Origin: Candidatus Kapaibacteriales bacterium
GTDB taxonomy: Bacteria; Bacteroidota; Ignavibacteria; Kapaibacteriales; UBA2268
Length of the DNA: 64,000 bases
NCBI GenBank assembly: GCA_965661945.1
Contig: CBFIFP010000005.1
Coordinates: 101,182-165,181 of the forward strand
Reading direction: 5' to 3'
The notes beneath the pieces are model-generated. The model saw only the letters and a program-made list of their open reading frames with translations. It did not search any database and had not been told where the DNA came from. Within the stretch, counting starts at the first letter, position 1, and each line of letters begins with the position of its first letter. A program made the position numbers and the translations under genes. Positions 50,235 through 61,800 of this stretch are shown here, piece after piece.

Positions 50235-51134
50235 CTATTTTTCTTCTACATTTTGTGCTTCTTGGTAAATAGTTGAATTACTTGGGTCGAGATACATTAA
50301 ATCTTTAAAAACCTGTTCGTCTTTGTAGCCAGTAAGTACAGATGCAATTTCTTTAGATTTAGCATCAAAAAATGCTTGTAAGAAAACTGAAGGACCAACT
50401 AATTTATTTTCTTTATAATCAGCCATTTCAGATATTACATCTACCAGATTAGCCATTCCATCTTCTTTGTTGGTTACCATCAAATCTAACCCATCATAAA
50501 AAAATGAAAATAATAACATTCTAAAGCCCTCGAACCTTAAATCAACCATTTCATTAACTAAATTGTATCTTGTAAATTCGCCTGGTTGTGAGTTTGTTTT
50601 ATAACCGGGTCCGTTGTTGCTTGCTCCTAAAAGACAAATTTGTCTTGCATTTTGGTACATAGGAGTTCCTCCTAATTCTTCATAGGTATCCATATCAGCA
50701 CCTATAACTAGGTTCATATAGAAATCTATTAGAGTGATAAATGGGTCGTATCTTAATGGGTTATAACTAAAAAAAGCGCCCCTTTGATATTCAAAAGCCC
50801 ATTGGGAGTCCATTAATTTTAAAACAGTAGTTCTAATATCATCATTGCTATTTAAACGAGTTTGAGATGTTAGAATGATTCTTCCTGAAAATCTATCTCC
50901 CTGACCACCAGATAATATTATTGAAATATCAACTGGAATTTTTGGACCGTCCCATTGAAGTTGGGTGAATTTTGTATTATTTATATAATCTTGCAGGTCA
51001 TTACCCATTGTTTGCACATTTATTCTTAATTCCTGCGGAATTTGCTGTAAGTCAACGGAAACAGACGCTTCGATTTCTTGAGAATAAGTTTTTAAACTTA
51101 TTAAAAATATGAATAAAATAATCATGTGTTTCAT
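50235..51134 (-). CDS. DUF4835 family protein (T9SS PorD-like)
   Basis: Signal peptide followed by SQEIEASVSV, YINNTKFT, FYMNLVIGADMDTY...GG, FFDAKSKEI, LDPSN. Confidence 0.7.
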   Translation of the reverse strand: MKHMIILFIFLISLKTYSQEIEASVSVDLQQIPQELRINVQTMGNDLQDYINNTKFTQLQWDGPKIPVDISIILSGGQGDRFSGRIILTSQTRLNSNDDIRTTVLKLMDSQWAFEYQRGAFFSYNPLRYDPFITLIDFYMNLVIGADMDTYEELGGTPMYQNARQICLLGASNNGPGYKTNSQPGEFTRYNLVNEMVDLRFEGFRMLLFSFFYDGLDLMVTNKEDGMANLVDVISEMADYKENKLVGPSVFLQAFFDAKSKEIASVLTGYKDEQVFKDLMYLDPSNSTIYQEAQNVEEK

Positions 51135-51185
51135 ATTAATTCTCCTTTTAGTTTATATATGTTTACGAAAATACAAAGAAATTGT

Positions 51186-52076
51186 TTAAAAGCAAAAATT
51201 TAATATTTTATAAATTAATCTTGCTGTTAATAAATCAGGATGGTATAGTTTTTCATCTGGCGCTAATTCGACTACATCAAAACCAATTATTTTTTTTCCT
51301 TGTTTTTTTATTTCTCTAAATACTTCTATTGTTTCAGAGTATAAAAATCCATCGGGTTCTGGTGTGCCTGTAGAAGGCATAATTGCGGGGTCGAAATAAT
51401 CAACGTCGAAAGTTATGTATATCTCATCATTTAAGGTATTAACAAGTTTTTCAACCCAATTTTCTGAATGTTTTTTTGTTCTTACTGCGGATGCAAAAAA
51501 AGTATTTACTTTATTTTCTTTTATAAAATTTGCTTCTTCTATACATAATGCTCTTATTCCTAACTGGGTAATTCTTTCAGCAGGGAAAAACTCTTTAACT
51601 CTTGCCATAACTGAAGCATGCGAGTATGGGTTATCTTGGTATGTTTCTCTAAAATCAGAATGAGCGTCAAATTGTAAGACGCTCATATTTGGATATTTTT
51701 CAAAATGTGCTTTTATGGGAGCAGAAGAGATAGTATGTTCGCCACCTAATGTAACTACAAATTTATTTAATTTTAATAATTCTGAAACGTTTTGATAAAT
51801 TAAATCAATTGCATCTTTATTGATTTTATTTTTAAAATCAAGAGGTTCTAATGTAGCAATTCCGTTTTCAAAACAAACTTCTTTATCAAATTCATCATCA
51901 TAAAATTCTACATAGTGACTTGCTTTTAATATTGCTTCAGGACCATATTTTGTACCTCCTCCATAACTCACAGTATGTTCGTAGCCAGCAGAAAGTATAG
52001 CTATTTTAGAATTATCGAAGTTTGAATCTTTTTCTTCTAGGGCAAGGAAATTTGAATTAATATCTAGTGTTTTCAT
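51186..52076 (-). CDS. speB: Agmatinase
   Basis: GGEHT, DAHSD, SHA, DVDYFDP, STGTPEP. Confidence 0.92.
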   Translation of the reverse strand: MKTLDINSNFLALEEKDSNFDNSKIAILSAGYEHTVSYGGGTKYGPEAILKASHYVEFYDDEFDKEVCFENGIATLEPLDFKNKINKDAIDLIYQNVSELLKLNKFVVTLGGEHTISSAPIKAHFEKYPNMSVLQFDAHSDFRETYQDNPYSHASVMARVKEFFPAERITQLGIRALCIEEANFIKENKVNTFFASAVRTKKHSENWVEKLVNTLNDEIYITFDVDYFDPAIMPSTGTPEPDGFLYSETIEVFREIKKQGKKIIGFDVVELAPDEKLYHPDLLTARLIYKILNFCF

Positions 52077-52141
52077 AATTTATTATTTTATATTTTAAAT
52101 AAAACAAAATTATGAAAATCTTTTTTAATCTTTATCTAAAA

Positions 52142-53458
52142 TTAATTTCTTTCTAAGAAATTATAAGTTAAACCAAGAGAAAATCCATTGTTATTAGAAA
52201 AATAGTTACCAAATTGATTTGCATAGATTAAACCTGATAGTTCAAAAGCTGGAATCAGCGATAGGTTTTCGGATATTCTGTATTCAATTCCAGTTATTAA
52301 TCTTGAAACAGCTCCTATATCAGCATATCCAATGTTTGTTTGAATAAAAGGAAAAACTAGATTACTTTTGAATATTTCAGTAGCATTATATCTAAGTCCT
52401 AAACTAAATATATTCAAATTAGGATTTTGTCTTGTTAAATAATTTATTCCAATCGAGTTAGTATTTCTAAATTCTTGTAAGAAATTCTCGTTAGAATATT
52501 CTACTATAACAAACCATTGAGGATTAACTTTATAAGCTAATGATAATGCATAATTTGTTGTAGGTAAATTATAATCTCCTATTTGCTTGTAAAGTGATGA
52601 GTTGTTTATTCCTCTTGCAGAAATAGCAAATAAACTATTATCTGTGCCAATTGGTGAGTATAAACTAATAATTGGTTCTTCAAAGCTAACATTTGAGTTT
52701 TTAATAACAGATACGGGTGATTTCTTAATTTTAGTGATACTAATTAAACTGTTTTCAATTTTAGAACTAGAAATAAAATGGAATGGCTTTCCCATATAGT
52801 CCATATCTTTTTCATGTAAGTAAGTTATGTCCTTATTGTCTTTTTTATAAACTAAGTTAATAGTTGATTTGTTAGATTTGGAATTACTTTTAGACATATT
52901 TTTTGAAGAGTTATTTATGTTATTATCAATACCACTATTTGAGCCACTCACGGCGTTATAGTTATTATTATTTTTAATGTTGTTGATATAAGTGCCTTGT
53001 TTATTAGTTTTACTTACATTTTTGCTTATATTTAATGTACTTGCTATTTTAATATTACTAACTTCAGATGAATCATTTCTGCTAAGCACTAAACTTTTGG
53101 ATTCAATTTGTGATTCAAATTTCAAAAAATCATAAATGTTTTTATCAAAATTTGTAATTGAATAAAGAAGAATTAAAATTGGTAAAATGCCAAACAAATA
53201 AGAGATTTTAAATCCTGGTATAGAAGCAAATGGCACAGAAAATCCAGCCGACTGAAAAACTTTATTTGTTAGTTCTACAGGAGGGGCCATTGTCTCAAAA
53301 TCTTCTTTTGCTAACAAATGAAGCTTCATCTGTTTATTAAACTCCATTCTTAACGACTCATCAACAGAGAGTTGATTGAAAAGTTGCTGTTGCATCTCTT
53401 CGTTTAACCCTTCGTCTAAGTACTCATGAATTAATCTTTCGTAAATCATTTGAAACAC
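52142..53458 (-). CDS. Putative anti-sigma factor with TM, low-complexity linker and C-terminal beta-barrel
   Basis: LIHEYLDEGL...LFNQL anti-sigma-like start, TM ISYLFGILPILILLY, Asn/Ser linker, amphipathic strands ending GFSLGLTYNF. Confidence 0.6.
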   Translation of the reverse strand: MFQMIYERLIHEYLDEGLNEEMQQQLFNQLSVDESLRMEFNKQMKLHLLAKEDFETMAPPVELTNKVFQSAGFSVPFASIPGFKISYLFGILPILILLYSITNFDKNIYDFLKFESQIESKSLVLSRNDSSEVSNIKIASTLNISKNVSKTNKQGTYINNIKNNNNYNAVSGSNSGIDNNINNSSKNMSKSNSKSNKSTINLVYKKDNKDITYLHEKDMDYMGKPFHFISSSKIENSLISITKIKKSPVSVIKNSNVSFEEPIISLYSPIGTDNSLFAISARGINNSSLYKQIGDYNLPTTNYALSLAYKVNPQWFVIVEYSNENFLQEFRNTNSIGINYLTRQNPNLNIFSLGLRYNATEIFKSNLVFPFIQTNIGYADIGAVSRLITGIEYRISENLSLIPAFELSGLIYANQFGNYFSNNNGFSLGLTYNFLERN

Positions 53459-54046
53459 CTATTCGTTTATTTTTTCTTTTAAAATTGGTTCTAGAATTTC
53501 TTTTAACTTTTCTTTTGCTCTGAAATACCTATTCCTTAATACATGAACAGATTCATTAGTAATTGAAGCAATTTCAGTATATTCCATATTATGATACTGT
53601 CTTAGGATGAATACTTCTTTATAATTAAAGTCAAGTAGCTCTAAAGCATTAGAAATTATATCCATTTCTTCTTTTTTATCATACTTATCTTTTTCGTCAA
53701 CAAGTAATAGATAGTTATACTCTTCGATATTAAGAGAGTATTTTTTCTTAGATCTTTTATTATTAAGTTCTATATTTCTTGCTATCTTAATTAAATATGA
53801 CCCTAAATTTGTTAATTCAGAGTAATCTTTTTTTATATTTAGAAAATTTGCAAAAGTTTCTTGAAAAATATCGTCAGCATCTTGTGGATTTCCTGCAATT
53901 CTAACACAATAAGAATACAAACGGTTAGAATACTTATTGTAAACATAAGTAAACGCAACCTCACGTTCCGATTTTGAACCATTTAGCAAATTAGCTAATT
54001 GGTCGGTAGTGTATTTTTGATTATTATTTGTTTTGTTTTTCCACAT
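53459..54046 (-). CDS. ECF RNA polymerase sigma factor
   Basis: AFTYVYNKY, DADDIFQETF, YLIKIARN, KEVFILR...YTEIA...RYFRAKEKL. Confidence 0.92.
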   Translation of the reverse strand: MWKNKTNNNQKYTTDQLANLLNGSKSEREVAFTYVYNKYSNRLYSYCVRIAGNPQDADDIFQETFANFLNIKKDYSELTNLGSYLIKIARNIELNNKRSKKKYSLNIEEYNYLLLVDEKDKYDKKEEMDIISNALELLDFNYKEVFILRQYHNMEYTEIASITNESVHVLRNRYFRAKEKLKEILEPILKEKINE

Positions 54047-55012
54047 TTAATCGACTCTTACAGCATTGTTTATTAAAAGATTAATGTTATTAAAATTAAT
54101 ATCAATACTTTTTTCTTTTTTAAAGTAATAAATACTTTGTTCATCGGTTAAATTATCTTTTAGGTACAAAAATATTAAAGATAATTTTTTGTTAAAATAT
54201 AAATTCTCGATTTTATCAAATTCATTTGAAGTATAAATCACGTTAAAGTCTTTATCATAAATAGATTTATTATCATAATAAAACAGAATATTTTCAATAA
54301 ATATCGGCTTTATTTTTGGCTTATTAAGCTCTAAAGTGCTGTCTATAATATTCAAATTACTACTTAAAAAGTATATTTTACTTGAATTATCATTATAATT
54401 AGAAAATGCAACACTTTCTGAATTTATACTTAAATTGGAGATATTTTCTAAATCTAAATCAATTTCAATATTATACTGCATTGAGTTAATAATATTGATT
54501 GCTTTTAGTTTTAGTAAATTATCATTTTGCCAATAATAAACACGTTCTAAATGAAGCTCTATTTTATTGTTTAGTAAATTATTATCTAAAAATTCAAGAT
54601 TATTAGACAAATCGCTTTTAAAAAGCTGATTATCTTTTGTTTTGATAATAAAAACATCACCATTATTATTTAAGATACAATTTTTGACTTCTAAATCTAA
54701 AATATTTTCATAAATCAAAGAACTATTTAAAGTATAAGTCTCTAATAAAAAAATAGAATCACTATTATAATATAGAGATTTATCTTTATTGTAACTTTCT
54801 CCTAATTTAAAATCTTCAACAACTTCTTTTATTAGAAAGTTTTCAAAATCATACCTAAATATTAAATTACTATTGATATTAGTATGATAAAATATGTAAT
54901 CCGGTACTGCTCCATCACCATTTTGAATATCACATGGATTACATCCTAAACCTAATAAAAGAAAACTTAGAAGAGCAACCCTCGAAAAAATTTTCGTTAT
55001 TGTAGATTTCAT
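54047..55012 (-). CDS. Hypothetical lipoprotein (possible beta-propeller)
   Basis: ATG 55012, lipobox LGC, beta-rich; abuts the ECF sigma gene. Confidence 0.6.
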   Translation of the reverse strand: MKSTITKIFSRVALLSFLLLGLGCNPCDIQNGDGAVPDYIFYHTNINSNLIFRYDFENFLIKEVVEDFKLGESYNKDKSLYYNSDSIFLLETYTLNSSLIYENILDLEVKNCILNNNGDVFIIKTKDNQLFKSDLSNNLEFLDNNLLNNKIELHLERVYYWQNDNLLKLKAINIINSMQYNIEIDLDLENISNLSINSESVAFSNYNDNSSKIYFLSSNLNIIDSTLELNKPKIKPIFIENILFYYDNKSIYDKDFNVIYTSNEFDKIENLYFNKKLSLIFLYLKDNLTDEQSIYYFKKEKSIDINFNNINLLINNAVRVD

Positions 55013-55209
55013 ACAAACAAAAACACATTTAGTGGAAAAAAATATCATTCTCGTAAAAAATAAATATATAAAATTAAGGAATAATGATAATATATTGAAA
55101 TGTATGGTGTTATGAAATTATAGATATTTAAGTATATTTTGTAATATATTAATCAATATAAAGTTAAGTATTTATTATAGTTGAAAAATATATTATATAA
55201 TAGGGTATA

Positions 55210-56325
55210 TTATAAGTAAATTCTGTAAGGAATTGAGAATGTAATTTTTGTCCATTCGCCCTCAACTGATTCTACTTTAAATTCGCCGTCGTGGAGTTCG
55301 ACCATTCTTTTTGATATAACAAGCCCTAAGCCAACTCCTTGCTGCTCATACATATCTCTTTCAAATTGGATATAAGCACCAATATTATTAATTTGTTCGA
55401 TTGACATACCTCTTCCTTTATCTTCGATACTGATGTAAAGAAGTTGGTTTGATGATTTATCTAACCAGAGATTAATATTTATTTTAGTGCCTTTTTCAGA
55501 AAACTTAAAAGCATTATCAAGCAATTCATCAACTATTTTATGAAAACTCTCTGATGACATTTCAATCAAAATTGTGTCTGGAATATCTCCTATTTCAATA
55601 TCATCATATCTATCAAACCTCATTGCAATATTGCTAAGCAAATCATAAAATAAAGCACCTGGCTCGTGAGTTTCCATTAATCGTAACTTTTTTCTTAACT
55701 CAGGGTTACTTGCATAGGATTCGATTCTAACATAAAGTAATAAGTTTTCAGTAATTTTCAAAAGCCTATCACAAGAACTTATAATATCAGATGTAAGTTC
55801 TCTAACTTCTTCTGGTTCTAATGGTTTACCATTATTTTCTAATAGTTTTGCAGAGCCTTTAACCTGATTAATTACGGTCCTAAACTCATGAGGTAAAGCT
55901 TAGTTTAAGTTTTTACCAACTTCATCAACTTTTGATTGAATTTTATCTTCTACAATTTTATTTTTCTTCCACTGAGATTCGATAGCCGCAAGTAGTTCAT
56001 CTCGAGTATATGGTTTAACAAGGAAGTCATCAGCTCCCTTTTCCATACCCATACGCATATTTTGCTTTTCAGTGAAAGCAGTTAGAAAAATGAAAGGAGT
56101 TGAAAGAGTTTCTTTACTTGCTCTTACCTGCTCAATAACACCATATCCGTCAAGATTAGGCATAGAAATATCACAAAGAATTAAATCTGGTCTATGCTCA
56201 AAAGCAGCAGCTACTCCTTCAATTCCATCGCTTGCTGTAACAACTTCATATCCCTCAAATGATAAGAGAGTTGAAGTACTTTCTAAGATAAATTCAGCAT
56301 CATCAATGACTAATATTTTTTTCAT
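55210..56325 (-). pseudogene. REC-HisKA-HATPase hybrid kinase interrupted by one in-frame TAA (55900-55902)
   Basis: The frame continues ...GKNLN*ALPHEFRTVINQVKG...SCDRLLKITENLL into the HATPase ORF (ELLDNAFKFS, DKGRG, GVGLGL). Confidence 0.85.
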
Positions 56326-56795
56326 TATATTTCGTTTATAAGTTCTTGATTAAAGATTTCAATAACTCGATTTTCAGGATTTTTTGGTTCTTGTATAATT
56401 TTCACAACATATTTATTCTTAGGAAAATTATCATTTGCATTTTCTGCCCATTCAACCAGTTTAATAGAATTATTTTGGAAAACACAATCTAAAAACCCAA
56501 TATCAGTTAGCTCGTCTTCATTTTCAATCCTATACAAATCAATATGATAAATAGGAATATCGTGATTACTAATTTTTCCAGCACCGTTGTACCTGTTCAT
56601 AATAGTATAAGTTGGACTTGTAACTAATTCATCTACTTTAAAATAATCACAAATACCTTTAATGAATTCAGTTTTTCCTACTCCTAAATCACCAAAGAAC
56701 GCAACTGTATCACCTAATTCTAATCTTTCAGCAAACTCTTTACCAATTTCAAATGTTTCTTTTTCATTTGAACTATTAAAAATATTTTTTTTCAT
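56325..56795 (-). CDS. tsaE: tRNA threonylcarbamoyladenosine biosynthesis ATPase
   Basis: GDLGVGKT, VTSPTY, HIDLYR, VEWA. Confidence 0.96.
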   Translation of the reverse strand: MKKNIFNSSNEKETFEIGKEFAERLELGDTVAFFGDLGVGKTEFIKGICDYFKVDELVTSPTYTIMNRYNGAGKISNHDIPIYHIDLYRIENEDELTDIGFLDCVFQNNSIKLVEWAENANDNFPKNKYVVKIIQEPKNPENRVIEIFNQELINEI

Positions 56796-56805
56796 TTTTC
56801 TATTA

Positions 56806-57747
56806 TTAATTTTCAGCTAACCATCTTTCAGCATCAATTGCTGCAGAACAACCAGTCCCAGCAGCTGTAACCGCCTGACGATAAACCCAATCCATTGCAT
56901 CACCACAAGCAAAAACACCTTCTACATTGGTGTAAGTACTTTTATCTTTAGTATGGATATATCCAACTTCATTCATTTCGATTATGCCCTCAAAGATATC
57001 AGTATTTGGCTTGTGACCAATAGCGATAAATGCACCACCAGCATCTACTGTTTTAACTTCGCCAGTATCATTATCTTTGATTCTTGCGCCTGTTAATTTG
57101 TTAATTCCATTATTATTTGTTCCAACAAATTCTTCAATTATGTGGTTTTCAATAATTTCTATCTTTGGGTGCTTTTTTGCTCTTTCAAGCATTATTTTTG
57201 AAGCTTTAAAACTATGAGAGCGATTAATTATTGTTACTTTTTCGCCAAAATTTGTTAAATAAATAGCTTCTTCCATAGCAGTATCACCACCACCGATTAC
57301 TAATATATTTTTTTCACCTTTAAAAAAGAAACCATCGCAGGTAGCACAAGCAGATATACCTCCGCCCCAAAAAGTTTGTTCACTTTGAATATTTAATTTT
57401 TTAGCAGTAGCGCCTGTAGCTATAATAATAGCATCTGCAGTATAATCTTTTTTATCTGTTGTTAATTTAAATGGTTTTCCTGAAAAATCAACTTTATTAA
57501 CAGTTTCAAATCTAGTTTCAGCACCAAATCTAGTAGCTTGTTTTTTAAATTCTTCCATCATTTCTGGTCCCATAATACCTTCTGGGTATCCAGGATAATT
57601 TTCAACATCAGTAGTAGTCATTAACTGACCGCCTGGTTCTTGACCTTCAAAAATAAGTGTATCCAACCCAGCTCTTGATGAATAAAGTCCAGCCGTATAA
57701 CCTGCGGGTCCTGACCCAATAATTATTATTTTTCTATGTTCCGACAT
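56806..57747 (-). CDS. trxB: Thioredoxin-disulfide reductase
   Basis: GSGPAG, ENYPG, SACATCDG, GGGDTAMEEA, RQAVTAAG. Confidence 0.98.
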   Translation of the reverse strand: MSEHRKIIIIGSGPAGYTAGLYSSRAGLDTLIFEGQEPGGQLMTTTDVENYPGYPEGIMGPEMMEEFKKQATRFGAETRFETVNKVDFSGKPFKLTTDKKDYTADAIIIATGATAKKLNIQSEQTFWGGGISACATCDGFFFKGEKNILVIGGGDTAMEEAIYLTNFGEKVTIINRSHSFKASKIMLERAKKHPKIEIIENHIIEEFVGTNNNGINKLTGARIKDNDTGEVKTVDAGGAFIAIGHKPNTDIFEGIIEMNEVGYIHTKDKSTYTNVEGVFACGDAMDWVYRQAVTAAGTGCSAAIDAERWLAEN

Positions 57748-57876
57748 CTAACTTCTCCATTTTTTTCGTTCACAGACGTTTAGTATTTTCATTTTATACA
57801 TTTTTCTATCTGCGAAAATACAAATATTTTTTCAAATAAATACTATAATACAAAAATTATTTACTTAGTAACAAAA

Positions 57877-58812
57877 CTACTTTTCCTTTAGCAACTCTTT
57901 ACTGTTTCTTTTTAAACCACTTAGCTTTGTGCGTTTGATAGGACTAGATTGAAATCTAAAATTAAATTCTTCTTCATCAAGTTTTTTAACTTTTTCTAAA
58001 TTTAGAAAAGTTTCATTATTTTTTGGAAGAAAATCAAACTCATTGCTTAATAGGTTTTTGTGATTGTTCCAAGGGCAAACTTCTTGACAAATATCGCAAC
58101 CAAAAATCCAATCATTTAAATTATCACTGATATCTTTTGGGAAATTTTCATCTCTATTTTCAATTGTCCAATAGGATATACATTTATTTGAATCAACTAT
58201 TTTATCTATGACGATGGCATTTGTAGGGCATGCACTTATACATTTTGTACAATTTCCACAAAAATCGCTATAAGGTTTATCTGCTTTTATTGCTTTATCT
58301 AAAAATCCAATAGTAATAAAAAAATAAGAGCCAAGTTGTTTATTAAGGATTAATCCATTTTTACCCTGCCAACCTAATCCAGATTTGACAGCCCACTGTT
58401 TATCAAGACAAGGACCAGTATCAGTATAAAATTTTGAGTTTATGCCTAATTCTTTTAATTTAATTCTTAGTTTTTTTGTTTTTTTATCTATCACCTTATG
58501 ATAATCTTTTCCCCAAGCATATCTTGATATTTTGCCGTAGTTTTGAGATTCACTATTATGATTTTCAAGATGATTAATTCCAAAATTATAAGAACTTGCT
58601 AAGGCAATTATTGATTGTGTGTCAGGAAATATTAAACGTACATCTTTTCTTTTATCTAAATTACTTTCAAGCCATTTCATATCGGCGTGTAATTTATTTT
58701 TAATATAATTAGAAAAAAATAAAATTTCTTTATCAAGTTTTTGGTAGTCCGTAAACTTAACTAAATCAAATCCTAAATCTAAGCTAATTTTTTTAATTTC
58801 TTCTTTAATAAT
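57877..58812 (-). CDS. queG: Epoxyqueuosine reductase (start codon uncertain, possibly ATT)
   Basis: ISRYAWGKDYH, DTGP, GLGWQGKN, CGNCTKCISACPT, FGCDICQEVCPWN; the frame extends upstream of ATG 58680 with LGFDLV. Confidence 0.92.
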   Translation of the reverse strand: MIKEEIKKISLDLGFDLVKFTDYQKLDKEILFFSNYIKNKLHADMKWLESNLDKRKDVRLIFPDTQSIIALASSYNFGINHLENHNSESQNYGKISRYAWGKDYHKVIDKKTKKLRIKLKELGINSKFYTDTGPCLDKQWAVKSGLGWQGKNGLILNKQLGSYFFITIGFLDKAIKADKPYSDFCGNCTKCISACPTNAIVIDKIVDSNKCISYWTIENRDENFPKDISDNLNDWIFGCDICQEVCPWNNHKNLLSNEFDFLPKNNETFLNLEKVKKLDEEEFNFRFQSSPIKRTKLSGLKRNSKELLKEK

Positions 58813-58897
58813 ATTGTCTTTTTATTAATTAATTTTTATTTATTTAATATGTTAAATATATTTAATCTAATGATTATATAAATATGTTATAATATAA

Positions 58898-61800
58898 CTA
58901 TCTAATCATTAAATTAACTTCTTTTGCATATTTATTTTGAAATTCATTATTACTAAAATCTTTATCGATTAGTTGTTGTAATGTATTATTAAGTTCAGTT
59001 TCTTGTAATTCAAGATTAGTTTCATCAATTGTATTACGACTTCTTCCATCTAAACTGTAGAAAGATTTTTCTTGTCCATAAATATTTAATCCATTTTTAC
59101 CTTTTAATTCACTTAAAGGATAATAGTATGCATAAGCCATTGAAATTATATCATCAGTTATTACTATTTCATTTCCTTCGGTAACAATAGTATAATTATT
59201 TTTTAAAATATCTAACATTGATTTTAAATAAATATACATCTGAAAACTTTTTTTACCTTTTAAATTAGTTTTATGAATAGCATTATCATTTTTTGAAGAT
59301 TTATAATCTACAATCCCAAAATATAATTTATCATTTTCATATTTTAAATCAACTCTATCGATAATACCTGCAAACTTAAAATCAATATTTGAATAATTAT
59401 ATTCGTAAACTAAAGCATCGTTTTTAAAATTAAATTCAAATAATGATGGATATAATTTAAAATAGTTTAAAAGTATCTTTTCATTTTCTAATATTTCAAA
59501 AATAACTGATTTAGATAAATACTTTTGAAAGCTGAAAAATTCATTTACCGGATAATTATTAAATACTTCTTCTATAGTATCATTAACTAAAGAATCATAA
59601 TTATTTATATTAATAAAATTAACAGGATGTATATCTTCAAGATCGTTATTTTTAGATTTTAGATAAAAATAATAGGAGTTATTAGATTTAATTATAGCTG
59701 AAAAGGATTGATAAATTTTCGCTAATATTTCATGATGTATGGTTCCTATTTCATTATTTTCAGGTAATTCATCATATTCATTCTGGGTGTAAAATTGCAT
59801 AATATTTTGAACTAAAAAAACATAAGGAAAGTTTTTTAGACTATCTACTTTAGTTGGAGATAAAGTTTTATTATAAACTTTTTCTATTTTACTTTTAGCA
59901 TCTTGAGATAACTTATTAGAAAAACAACCATTTTTACTATTTAAATCTATACTATTAATTAAATCATTTTCACCAATATTTTTTTTATGATTTAATAAAA
60001 CATATTTATTATTAAAATTATTAACATCTATATTATTTTTAAGGGTAAGATTATCAAAATTAATTAATCGTTTTATTTCTTTCACAAAATGTGATTGGAC
60101 TAAAGATTTACTTCCCTCAATTGAGGCTGAAGTAATATAGATTTTTTCGCATAAATTATCAATCGGAAAAAGAAATTCATAAAATAATTCTTCTTCATTT
60201 CTATTGTGTAATATCTCACTATGTTTTAACTCTCTGCCAATAATTTCATCGGTTCTATAATGAATAGGGAACTGCCCTTCAATTGCACCACATAAAATTG
60301 ATACTTTTCTTTTTACACCTCTTCCTTGCTCTATTGAAGTAAAAGTAACGGCTGTATCATATAGCTCTCTAATCTGAAATCTATCTCTATCCATATTAAA
60401 ATATAGAGATTCGAGAAACTCTTTAATTATAATTTCACTCTTATTTTCATACTTTTCATCATACTTTAATTTAAACATCAAAATATCTTCAACTACATCA
60501 TAGAATTTAGTTATTGCACTAAATATTCTCTCTTTTTCACGTGTTTTATAAAAATAATGGAATTCGATATCTTCTTCATTTGCAAAAGAAATTGATTCAG
60601 TTGAATAAACATAATCAAAATTTATTATTTTAATAAATTCTGTTATTAAGTTAATTAGTTCATTATTTTGGTATTTGGTTTTATTTTTTAATTTAAAATA
60701 ATCGAATATATACTTTAATTTATGTTTATATAAATTTAACTCATTTTTAATATTATCATTATTTGATTCAGTGATATATTTATCAATTAAAGCTGCTCGA
60801 GAATGGTAATCATAAAAGTTTATTCTATATTTATTTGTTATGGAAATGAATTCTAATTTATCAAAATTGTTATCAAATTTAAACCAAGGTGAATTTAATA
60901 GTTTGAATAAGTATTTATTATTAAAACCAGAGTTTATTAATTCTAAATAATTAATAATTAAATTAATTATTGGAGATTCATTCAAATTATATCTGTCACT
61001 AATATTCAATGGAATGTGATTATTATCAAAAGAATTTTTTAATAATTTACTATAATTTTGAGGGCTTCTTGAAAAAATAAATATATCTTTAGGCTCTATT
61101 TTATCTTCTATTATTAATTTTTTTACTAATTTAGTAATATATTCTATTTCAGATACTTTATCATCGCATTCAGCAATTTCAAAATCGGTGGTTAAATCAA
61201 ATTTAGATTCTAATCTGTTTTCATAATTAAATAAAAATTTAGATAAATTATTATTTAAATCTGATGAATTATTTAATTCTTCTAACTTAACATTTTTAGT
61301 AATTATTTCATTGATACCACTGTAAATATTTTTTTGTGGATGATTAACTTCTAGAAAATCAAAATTAATAATTAAATTAAGATTATTTTCAAATAAAATT
61401 TTTAATAATTCGATTTCTCTTCTTTTAAATTGCTTAAAGTACTTTAAATAATAAATATAATTTATTGAAGAAAAATCAAAATTATCAGTTTTAATTTTAT
61501 TAATTATTCCAGTTAATAAATCATTTTCTGTATAAAAATCTTTTGTTAGTTCAATTAATTCTTCATATATATATATAATATCTGATAATTTATTTTTATT
61601 TTGAATTTTATTTTCATTGTTATTTAAATCATTTTTCAAGTCTTCTGGAGTTATACCATCTTTAATAAATCCCCAGATAATATTCGAGAGCAAATTAGTT
61701 ATTTTTTTTGTGGGTATTTTATTATGCAAAGAATAATATGTGAAATCAGTGTTTTTATATGCAATTTCCATTAAAGCAAAGAACTCCTCTTCTCTTAAAG

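Noticed and set aside
58830-58890. ATATGTTAAAT / ATTTAATCTAA dif-like arms
   Set aside because: Imperfect matches in nearly pure A/T DNA with no XerC arm; likely chance
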